Shown here in pieces: positions 52,670 through 64,000 of a DNA stretch of 64,000 nt. Under the pieces are notes generated by a model. It was not told where the DNA came from, searched no databases, and saw only the letters and a list, made by a program, of their open reading frames with translations. The stretch is from assembly GCA_964016885.1 (NCBI GenBank), contig OZ024740.1, positions 278,380,001 through 278,444,000 of the forward strand, in the 5' to 3' direction. The DNA is from Eledone cirrhosa (lineage: Eukaryota). The first letter of the stretch is position 1. Each line of letters begins with the position of its first letter. Position numbers and translations under genes: made by a program.

Positions 52670-55127
52670 TGAGTTGAGATGGAGGGTCTGTGGTTTTTGT
52701 CACATCTGGTTGGGTTGGTCTCTGAATGTTACTTGTTTTTTATGGAAAAAGTGGCTCGAAATGCCAGGTTTTTCGAGAAGTAATTTGATTGGTTTGTCAA
52801 TAATTATAATAAATTTCGCGCCAGTTACACAACCATGCCGAGAACAATTGTTTCACCTTAGCGGATCCTATATATATATATATATATCAAAATGACTACC
52901 TGAAGTACAAGTGCTTTCCTCTAAAAAGCGTTCCCCCGCTCCTTGCTCTTCTCACTCTCTATTTCATCTTTTATTTGACTCTTTTCCTGCTATATCAAGC
53001 GTTTAAGCCAATATAAAAAAATAGTTGATGACACCCGTACTTTCAAACACAGAGGTACAATAACATTTCATTAATTTCCCCTTCCCCACACCAATGTATA
53101 TATGAACTTAAACACTTGAGTGGATGTGTGTATAGATATATGTATGTATAGATGTGTTTTTTTTATATATGTGTCTGTAGGTATACAGATATATGTGTAC
53201 ATGTTTATGTGTATGTGTGCATATGTGTGTGTGTATATTTATATATGTGTGTATGTATACACGTGCGTATGTGTGAGATAGATATGTGTATATATATATG
53301 TGTATGTATATATGTATTTGTGGATATGTGTATAATATATTTATATGTATATATATATGTATATGTAAAAAATGTATATACATATATATATATGTAGGAG
53401 GTATAAAATGTGTTTATATGGAATATATATGTGTATGTATGTATGTGTATATAAAATGTGTGGAGAATATATATATATGTGTATATGTATGTATATGTAT
53501 GTGTGTGTGTGTGTCTGTATGTATATATGTGTGTATATGGGAGATATACTGTATATATATATATATGTAGATAAATCTACCAAAATATACGGTAGTGTCC
53601 AATCCGTATGAAGAACTCAATGTAATCCCAATATAGAAGATATCATAAAAAGAGAAGATGCATTCAAAGATTTACGATAAAAGTCATAGGAAAACAGAGT
53701 CGAGATAATTTTTTTTTTTAAATGAAATAAAAACAATAAACAAATCCTTACATTAAAAAAATTCATCATTTTACGATCGTTTCTGGGATGTATATGTGTG
53801 TTGGTATGTATATCATAAAATTTGATAATTTGTAAAAATATTACAAATTATCAGAGGAAATATACATATATATGCCGTCCTCAGAAATGATCATTTCTGT
53901 TGATGGCATGTATATGTGAAGGTATGTATAGTGTATATATAGGATGTATATGTTATATGTGTGGGATATATGTGTGGTTATATGTATAGGATATATATGG
54001 GTGTATATAAGATGTATGTATAGTGTAGGGGTAAAAAATATATAAATATGGGATGTGTATAGGATATATATATATATGTGTGTGTGTATATATGTATGTA
54101 GAAAAAATATGTGTGTGTGTAGATGTGGTGTATATATATACCAGATAGAAAAATGCGTACAGCAAAAAAAAGTAATATTGTTGGAATATAAACCTTTAAA
54201 AATACAGGACAAGAAACTAAAATATAACTTTAAAAGAATAGGACAAGAAACTAAGATAAAACTTTAAAGATTTGGACAAGAAATAAAAAATTTTACAATA
54301 ATATTAGTGGCAAAATTTTTATTGGTAAAAAATAGAGTTCCACATTCATAGGCTCTGGGTTCCACATTCAGAGGTCGTCGTCAGACCGGGGGGATCATTT
54401 GATCCTGGTTTGAACACCAATTGGGCCATAACCATACCCCTATTTCATCATTCGGCGACACGCCTCATGTGTCATGCATAATGTGAATGGACCCATGGGC
54501 CCATGAGCACAGATCTTGAGCAGCAGCAGACGGTCTTGTCGTCCCGCTCATCCTTGATCTTGACCAACCCGTCCATCTTCTCCTTGCATCTTGTCCTTGA
54601 GTTCAAGTCCGGCAGTCCAGATGAATGCGTGCCACAGCTTTCTGGTACAGGAAGGGGGAGCAGGAGGACTGGAGGGATGACGGGACAGAGGGAGGGAGGA
54701 CCGGTGGTTGAGGGAGGTGCCGTAGTCGGTTGTCAGAGTCGACATCTTGTCCCGGTCGTCTTCTCCATCTTCGTCTGGTGTTGCGGGACCAGAAGTGCAT
54801 TCTTGGAGGAGACCTGCAGCTGCATCGGCCAATTCTTCTTGCAATGGTCATTCTGACGGAGCAGAACTGCTCAGCCAACCAACCCCAACCAGAACCAACC
54901 GCTCAGGGGCAACGCACAATGAGAGCATGACAATTATTATGCACTAATCAAGAAGATACTGGGGCATAGCACAGGAAACGAATAAAAAAAATGTGCCACT
55001 ATTATTGTAAATATATGTATATGTATGAATAGGATATATATATATGTATATATGTGTATGTACAAGATATGTATAATATATGTATGTTTAGTGTGTATGT
55101 GTATGTGTGTATAAGATACATATACAC

Positions 55128-55195
<68 letters not shown>

Positions 55196-55364
55196 ATATG
55201 TATATATATATATATGTATATGTATATATATATATGTATGTATGTGCGTGTGTGTGTATATATATATATATAAAGATGTGTTGTTGATATTGGTCTGGGA
55301 CAAGAAGTGTGGGGGACATACTGGCTCACATATTCACTTCCCTATATGTACAGAATGTATCTAC

Positions 55365-55678
<314 letters not shown>

Positions 55679-56233
55679 TCAATACGCTCTTATATATATA
55701 GTATTTTTGTTTTTAACCCGTCATTGTAAGATAGCATTGGCTGATTACTAACTAACTATAGCAGAGGTGTTAGACACTCCCGTAAAGCCGGCTTTATAAA
55801 ATTCTTTCACTACAATCTCGTATTTAGTATTTTTCTCCACCTATTAAATTTTTCTATAGCTTAGCAATACCAATGGGAGATTTGGTGTTTGTGGGGATGG
55901 AGTAGTAACCAGAAATTGTTTTTATATATTTTTTATATATTTATTTCCTTATTTTTATAATGGTTTCGTTGTTTACTCCCTTTCGATTTACCTATTCTTT
56001 CAACTTCCCCTTCTCCAGTACACTTTTCTCGACCTTCTATACACTATTCTTAGAATCTGTTGTATAGATTTCACTTTCAACGCTTGACTGGGTTTCCCCC
56101 ACTCCCTCTTTGTTCTACCAGCAAGTTCAGCTACCCATACCTTCCACCAAATGCCATGATAGAATCATCTGTCTTTACAACAAATTTTTGACCAATCCCT
56201 TTGGACAATTACTATCTTCCCATATAAGGAATT

Positions 56234-56329
56234 ACCCCCTGAGAAGTTCGGCTATTTATTTACCAGGCTAAAAATTCTTATTTAGTCCAGAATTAGCCGT
56301 CTAAACGGCTTGAGCTCTGCCGTCGGGGT
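56234..56329 (+). ncRNA. Large hammerhead-like fold of family H (this copy has a mutated core)
   Basis: acccc CTGAGAA [cggcta..ggctaaa/tttagtc..tagccg] tAAA cggc..gccg TC ggggt; copies at 9102 and 58485 keep GAAA. Confidence 0.6.
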
Positions 56330-56420
56330 CATACTTGTTCCTATTACCCACTCTACTACCCTAAGTATTGAGTACTTTGGTGCGTTATGGTCCATCTGGT
56401 TCCTTACCACATTTCCTTCG

Positions 56421-56450
<30 letters not shown>

Positions 56451-56451
<1 letters not shown>

Positions 56452-56575
56452 AAGGCGTGTGGCTGAGTGGTTAGAGAATTGGATTCACAATCATAAGGTT
56501 GTGAGTTCGATTCCTGGACCAGGCGATGCGTTATGTCCTTGGGCAAGACACTTTATTTCACGTTGCTCCTTCTAC
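56451..56575 (+). mobile_element. tRNA-derived SINE family 2, 5' part
   Basis: A box gtggctgagtggtta and B box gagttcgattcc, followed by tgtccttgggcaagacact. Confidence 0.7.
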
Positions 56576-56834
56576 CTGGAGTTGCGACCGATAGATAGTA
56601 TTAGCAATTGGAAAGACCAACGGAAACATTGTTCCCTCGGTCCGATTTGACGAAAGTCGATCGACTCCTATATATATATATATAGTTAAAGAAAGAGTAA
56701 CATGGTTGACTGTACAATAAGGGCTTTATTTACAGTACTGACAATTGTTTCGTTGATCAGGTGTGTCTAGAGTTCGCTATATATATATATGTGTATATAT
56801 ATATATATATATACATGCGTGTGTGTGTGTGTGT

Positions 56835-56874
<40 letters not shown>

Positions 56875-56980
56875 CCTTTGTTCTCTCTTACTTAAAATAA
56901 ACATTCTGCATATTATGCCAAAAACAAACCGATGCTACGTACACAGATTTTCATCGCAAAACATCCAATTTACGTAATAA

Positions 56981-57170
56981 CTGTTTCTACTTTAGGCACA
57001 AGGCCAGCAAATACCCAGTGCATTACTGGTACTTTATTTTATCGACCCCGTAAGGATGAAAGGCAAAGTCAACATCGGCGGGATTTGAACTCAGATCGTA
57101 AAGGGACGTAACTATGCTGGAAAGCATGGTGTCTGACCCTCTACCGATACTGCCAATCCACCGCCCTTTA
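56981..57170 (-). mobile_element. SINE family 1 with 15-bp target-site duplication
   Basis: caatttacgtaataa at 56966-56980 and 57173-57187. Confidence 0.92.
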
Positions 57171-57249
57171 TGCAATTTACGTAATAACGCTGAGTGATAC
57201 AATCGGCACCACCTATAGTATATATACGTATGTATGCACAAATACACAC

Positions 57250-57326
<77 letters not shown>

Positions 57327-57755
57327 CTAATGTGTGTATGTATATATATACATATACTAATGTGTGTATGTATACGTATATATATATATATATATATATA
57401 TATGTAAAAGGTAAACAGAAATAAAAACACAATCGGTACAGTATATGGAAAGTATATATTAGGTTAACGTTTGATATAGCAGGAGGAGGGTCATAACGCT
57501 TCGGACGCTAGTCTTTCATCAGAAGAAAGAATGAGAAATAAAATAGATTAAGGGTACGGGCGGGATGGAATTGATAAAAATGTCTTTAGATAATAATAAT
57601 AGGTCCATTCAAGTTGACATCTCTTGCAAAACTGTTGGTGCTGGCGTTTTGTGTATGATTTGTTTTTAAGAAAAGTGGAAGATGGCGCGCGTCTAACTGA
57701 AATGGAAAAAAAACGTTTTGTAAAAAGAGCTATATTTGAGTACGTGTGTAAGCAT

Positions 57756-57803
<48 letters not shown>

Positions 57804-58004
57804 GCATGAGTGTGTGTGTGTGTGTTATTATAGATTCGTACGAAGCTAAGAAGAGATATGTGTTTATATGTGAGTAAAAGAGAGTGTGTGTGCATGTAAG
57901 TACGAAGCTATGAGCAAAAAGAAAGCGATAGGAATTATATACATATACATATATCTATACATACATATACAAATGTGTGTGTGTATACGTATATATATAT
58001 ATAT

Positions 58005-58037
<33 letters not shown>

Positions 58038-58066
58038 CATACATATATATATACATATATATATAT

Positions 58067-58320
58067 AAAGTGACACAGAGGAGACTGAGGTTAGCTGGAC
58101 ATGCTCACCGACATCCAGAGTTGACATTGCACTCAGTACTCCTTTGGGAGCCCCTACATGGACACACTAGAAGAGGATGACCAAGGTTAACGTATGTTGA
58201 TGCCCTAAGGACAGACACTGCTCTGTTGGAGATGCAGGACATGGCAGCGATAATGAGGGACAGAGACCGCTGGAGAGAACTCGTCCATGGATCTCGGGAA
58301 TTTTACCCGCCTTAGATAGA
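58067..58320 (+). mobile_element. RTE-like LINE 3' fragment in (TA)n
   Basis: [47 protein letters not shown]. Confidence 0.8.
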
Positions 58321-58337
58321 TATATATATATATATAT

Positions 58338-58526
58338 AACGAAGGAAATGTGGTAAGGAACCAGGTGAACCATAACGCACCAAAGTACTCAATACTTGAG
58401 GTAGTAGAGTGGGTAATAGGAACCAGTAAGACCCCGACAGCTGAGCTCAAGCCGTTTCGACGGCTAATTCGAGAATTAGCCGCCGAAACGGCTTGAGCTC
58501 AGCTGTCGGGGTCTTACTGGTTCCTA
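58338..58526 (-). mobile_element. Family H pLTR-like cassette with terminal inversion
   Basis: Reverse complement of the family H consensus, folding back at ctaattcgagaattag. Confidence 0.8.
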
Positions 58527-58547
58527 TATATATATATATATATATAC

Positions 58548-58680
<133 letters not shown>

Positions 58681-58923
58681 GCAGATGCAGCTGTTAATAA
58701 TGTAATAGAGAGATTTACAGTATTGAGACAGATATAGGATTAGGTGAACTGAAAACTAATTTAGATTACTAAGCAAATCAGTTGTAGTTTCATTATTATG
58801 TATTCATTCCTCAGTTAACTGTTTGATTTGCCGTTTTCGTTAATCTTTATACATATATTTAGCATTGTGTATATATAGTGTATGTGGTAGGGAAGTATTA
58901 GTTCCAATGCATATCCATCACGC

Positions 58924-58979
<56 letters not shown>

Positions 58980-59012
58980 AGTGTAATTTTCTACACAAAA
59001 CGAAGGTTATAG

Positions 59013-59210
59013 AGAAAATTGAGGTTGGTAATGGCACATGGAATATATAAGAGCCAGAATACTTTTTTGTGAAAAAACATATAATTTTATAAGGTAAGGA
59101 AATAATTATACCCTTTATTATTTCCTTACCTTATAAAATTATATGTTTTTTCACAAAAAAGTATTCTGTCTCTTATGTATTCCATGTGCCATTACCAACC
59201 TCAATTTTCT
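59013..59210. repeat. Inverted repeat (~95-bp arms) between (TA)n tracts
   Basis: agaaaattgaggttggtaatggcac... versus ...gtgccattaccaacctcaattttct. Confidence 0.9.
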
Positions 59211-59305
<95 letters not shown>

Positions 59306-59307
<2 letters not shown>

Positions 59308-59503
59308 AACGAGTAGGACCCCGACGGCTGAGCTCAAGCCGTTTCGACAGCTAATTCTGGACTCAGTCCAGAATTAGCCGTCGAACGGCTTGAGCTCAGC
59401 CGTCGGGGTCCTACTCGTTCCTATTACCCACTCTACTACCCTAAGTATTGAGTACTTTGGTGCATTATGGTCCACCTGGTTCCTTACCACATTTCCTTCG
59501 TTA
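59306..59503 (+). mobile_element. Family H pLTR-like cassette with terminal inversion
   Basis: Folds back at ggactcagtcc; ends in ccttcgtt(ta)n. Confidence 0.8.
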
Positions 59504-59805
59504 TATATATATATATATATATGGGGGAGGGGGTGTATATACATATATATGTGTGTGTGGCTGTCTGTGTGTCTGTGTCTGTTTATATATATATATTATG
59601 TGTGTACGTGTGTGTGTTCTGTTGCATATTATTTTTATAGTGGCGTCCGGTTAGTGAATGCTTCTTCAGACAAAAGTAAATATTAACCTAAATTTACAAC
59701 ATAAATTAAATACATATGTCGATAAATCTTTAGAGCTTTTTATGCGAATGATCAGAACATTCCTTACTACTACTCACAAATGTTCGTGAAATGTTATTAG
59801 CTATT

Positions 59806-59993
59806 GGTGGTGGATTGGCAGTATCAGTAGGGAGTCGGACGCCATGATTTCCAGCATAGTTACGTCCCTTTACGGTCTGAGTTCAAATCCCGCCGAGGTT
59901 AACTTTGCTTTTCATCCCTACGGGGTCGATAAAATAAAGTACCAGTAATGTACTGGGAAATTGCTGGCCTTGTGCCAAAAGTAGAAACAATTA
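59806..59993 (+). mobile_element. SINE family 1
   Basis: Consensus match. Confidence 0.9.
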
Positions 59994-60077
59994 TTTTTAT
60001 GCCTACAAAAAACAGTAACTAATGTTTACAATTAGAAGCAATATCAAGTAGAATACTGTTATGTACAATATTCAAAA

Positions 60078-60257
60078 ATAATTGTTTCTACGTTAGGCAC
60101 AAGGCCAGCAATTAAAGAGTGTATTACTGGTACTTTATTTTATCGACCCCGTAAGGATGAAAGGCAAAGTTAACCTCGGCGGGATTTGAACTCAGAATGG
60201 CAAGGGCCGTAACTCTATGCGCCAAAGCATGGCATCCGACACTCTACCAATACTGCC
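60078..60257 (-). mobile_element. SINE family 1
   Basis: Consensus match; inverted relative to the copy ~85 bp upstream. Confidence 0.9.
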
Positions 60258-60538
60258 ACATAAATAATATTATGTTTAATGTAATTTTTATGTTGCTATT
60301 TTTCAGAATAGATCATTGTTTCCTCCTTTTCAAACTATTGGCCAAAAGGAGATATTACATCCGATGCTGTCTGATAAACAGACAACATGATATTAACAAA
60401 GTTATTTTACAATATTTTACATAATATGCAGTTACCTTTATGCAATGCCGGCTTAAAAGTTCATAGGCTTAAAAGGAGTGATGCTAGAACTGCGGAATCT
60501 TGTAGTTGTCCACATCTATCTATCGATTTATCTATTTA

Positions 60539-60728
<190 letters not shown>

Positions 60729-60764
60729 AGCGATTCTTTGCTTGAACTTTAATCTGTTATTTTA

Positions 60765-60833
<69 letters not shown>

Positions 60834-60869
60834 TTTATTTATCTATCTCCTTCTTCTTTGTATATCTAT

Positions 60870-61072
60870 ATAGGAGGGTCAGGTGAAAACTTCATAGGCT
60901 GACTAAGATACTCTCATGGGATGACCAAATGAGGTTCAGTTTTCAACGCTGTCCCTGGAAAGAAAAAATGCTGTTATTAATAAAATGAGTTGAAATTAAT
61001 GCACGCAAGATTTCACAGCTCTAGTGTCACTCTTTCGTAGTAAGCCTATTAACTTTTCAGCCGAGCCTCGTA
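60870..61072. mobile_element. Tc1/mariner-type MITE (~200 bp); a further fragment at ~60447-60505
   Basis: TIR-like ends gagggtcaggtgaaaacttcataggct / agcctattaacttttcagccgagcctc with flanking TA. Confidence 0.72.
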
Positions 61073-61098
61073 TGCAAGAAATTGTAATACAATTTAAT

Positions 61099-61285
61099 TG
61101 TTTCTACTATTGGCACAAGGCCAGCAATTCACCAGTGCATTACTGGTACTTTATTTTATCGACCCCGTAAGGATGAAAGGCAAAGTTAACCTCGGCTGGA
61201 TTTGAACTCAGAATGGCAAGGGCCGTAACTCTATGCGTCAAATCATGGTGTACGACCCTCTTCCGATACTGCCAATTCACCGCCT
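61099..61285 (-). mobile_element. SINE family 1 with 17-bp target-site duplication
   Basis: ttgtaatacaatttaat at 61082-61098 and 61286-61302. Confidence 0.92.
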
Positions 61286-61637
61286 TTGTAATACAATTTA
61301 ATGATAGTCAACCAGGTAATACTTTTTTAGAAATGAAAATAATTCTGAAGCTTGCCATGGCTTTCAATTATTTCTAGCGACGACATGTTATTTAATAAAC
61401 TGTTGATTTCTCATCTTGAAATGAAAGGTTTAGTTCTTGGAGAAAAGCGCCAGTGTCTTTTGTGGTTATAAAAACGGAAAAGAAAAGGACTCTAGGATTA
61501 CAGAAGAATGAGAGAGGGAAGGGGGGATGTTGGGCTCTAGGCTTAGGGCACGGTGGTGTTCGATCTGTGCCCCGCGGACAATGGCCAGCGACAGGCACCC
61601 CACATCGCGGGGCTCCTTCTCTTGGAGAATATTCTTT

Positions 61638-61805
61638 AATAATTGTTTCTACTTTGGCCATAAGGCCAGCAATTACACCAGTGCATTACTGGTACTTTAT
61701 TTTATCGACCCCGTAAGGATGAAAGGCAAAGTTAACCTCGGCAGGATTTGAACTCAGACTGTAAAGGGACGTAGCTCTATGCTCTACTGATATTGCCAAT
61801 CCACC
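61638..61805 (-). mobile_element. SINE family 1 (internal deletion)
   Basis: Consensus match. Confidence 0.85.
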
Positions 61806-62109
61806 TAATAATGAGGAAATTGCAGTAGTGATACATTCTTAAAAGAACTGGCACAGAAATTCGCAAATATCTGACTCGGAAAGTATGAGAGAAACAAGCG
61901 AGGATTAGTCAAGACAAACAAATATTAGAAATCTGACATTTCTAATAATTTGGTTGGTACTGATTAAAAACGCTACCTGGCTCAGTTTCTAGGCTAAGGT
62001 GTGAGTAAACTGTTGTCAGTCCGTATTGGTTGTTCAATATATTTACGCAACTGACGTACCACTACAAATATGATGAACATAATGGTAATATAGCTATTCA
62101 GCTCTCTCC

Positions 62110-62181
<72 letters not shown>

Positions 62182-64000
62182 AACAAAATAGCTGTTAGAA
62201 AATTGGAGAGGTTATAGCTGTTCCCATTATATTGTGATGGCTGTTGTGATAGGTAACTGAAGGAAAAAGTGTGCTACCTCCAATGTGGACGGAAAACGTC
62301 TGGACATCATCTGGTAGCATTTATACGGATAGACATTCCTGATGAGAACAAAACAGTTAAAAAGTGCCGAAATCAATATGATCTCGAGTTTTATCTTGTG
62401 AAGGAAATGTTTCGCAGTGTAAGCTGTATATAACATATATATGCCTGTAGGTGTATGAGGCTGTGTGTGTGTAAGAGAGATAGTGTGTGTGCATGAGAGA
62501 GAAAGAGTGTGAGAGCGTCTGCGTTTCTGTGTCTGTGTGTATGTATCTGAGTATGTGCGTGGACATGTGTGTTTGCATGTGCTTGTGTGTGTGCGTGCGT
62601 TTGTATGTGTGTTCGTGCGCTTGTGTGTGTGTCTGTGTGTGTTGGTGTGTGTGTGTATGCGTGTTTATCTGTAATGAAATCTCTCTAGCGCTGTGTTTGT
62701 ATTTACATTTAATTTCTATTGGTATTGTTATAGCTATCACTTAAATCTAGATTTTCAAATACCCTCTCAAGATTCATGGCAGTTTCATGTCCACAAACTT
62801 TCAAAAATTATTATCGATCAAAATAATGTTATCGATCGACAATCTCTCGAAGACAACAATGAAAATTCTTCAAGAATGATCTCCTTTGTTGAATATTGAT
62901 TTATTTTGTTTAAAACATATTGATTTATTTTGTTTTTGCTAATGTATTTGTTCTTCAGCTTGACCAATTACTGCACTTTGTGATGAAATAATTCTTAGTT
63001 CTTGTCTACGCTAATTAGCTTTACTCCTATTTTGTTTAAATTGTTTATATATGTATGAATGTGTCTGTTGTGAAACTTGATGAGTTTATTGTTACCGTTA
63101 TTTTGTTGTAATTGCTTAACTCTGAAGCATGTCTTCGGCATTTAAAACTTGGCAGACCCCATCCCTCTCCAGTTCTGAGCACAGCTGATTACTTTCTAAG
63201 ACAGAGAAGGAGACAACTAGAGAGGGAGAGGAAGGTTCGACACTAGTAGATGACTGGCATTTTATTTATTGACCTCAAAATGATGAAAGACAAAGTTGAT
63301 CTCTTGACCTCACAGTGACCTGAGCCGAATACTGCAAACCATTCTTTTCGACGTTCTCGCGAATCTGCCAATACGCTGCCTCGCTCCGAGGCAATTTTAG
63401 CTTTAAAGATTCCAGGTATAATGTCTCTAGAACAAATTTATCCAATGTATTATTTCTTCTATAAAGATAGTAAGACGTGTGATTTGACGAAGGTTTTGAA
63501 GCTTTTCTAACAAGTAGAATGATTACTTAGAGAGACTACCGACCTTAGCTCTAAGTGGCATATATGGTTGTGTATCAGTAAGTATTTGTATGCTGTACAT
63601 ATATATTTGTGAATTAACGATTGTTTGCTCTTGGTGAACCCCATAGTAAGCCTAATCCAGCAAGCATGTGATCAAAGACATTTCATCCATGACTACCATG
63701 TGTTCCTGATATGTTTTAGGACTTCGTTATTCAATGTGTCTTTCCTTCTTAAGACGATGGAAGTAATTTCAGGGAGCTTTGGTTGCTGTTTCAAACAGGT
63801 CAATTAAAAGCTCTCTTTCAACGTATGCAGGTCAAGCAATCATGTAGACGTGCTCACGTTGACTCAAATGATTGCGAATGCTTGAGAATATAGAATTAAT
63901 TTAAAAGATGAGGTTCAATTACTCATGGCGGCCGATGGCAACTTCTTTTTCCATCTTTTAAGTGTCTTCACCCTATTTTATAAGCTATTTTATAACATAT

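Noticed and set aside
56451-56525. Possible tRNA gene
   Set aside because: It has A and B boxes but no convincing acceptor stem, and it runs into a SINE body

Overview
AT-rich, microsatellite-dense eukaryotic (animal) non-genic or intronic DNA. The repeat content looks like an octopus/cephalopod genome, but that is inference. No multi-exon host gene can be supported. The window is a retroelement landscape sorted by microsatellite target. (1) 24.5-48.7 kb holds six Tx1-clade (L1-like) non-LTR retrotransposon copies. Five sit in (ATT)n and one in (TATC)n. They carry five different ORF1/5'UTR modules; one copy has an intact 1139-aa EN-RT ORF2 (42917-46336, minus), and its ORF2 is nearly identical to that of a copy with a different ORF1. 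(2) Two R4/Dong-like fragments and a tRNA-derived SINE share the same (AAT)n tracts, and the SINE 3' end resembles the Tx1 3' end. (3) A decayed Penelope-like element (RT + C-terminal GIY-YIG) lies at 4.4-7.7 kb. Many short inverted- or direct-repeat cassettes anchored in (TA)n carry recognisable hammerhead-ribozyme folds from several unrelated families, including U3-A8 core variants. (4) There are also RTE and CR1-like 3' fragments, mariner-type MITEs, a second SINE family and simple repeats. Most ORFs in the track are microsatellite artefacts or antisense shadows. All alignments and folds were done by eye.
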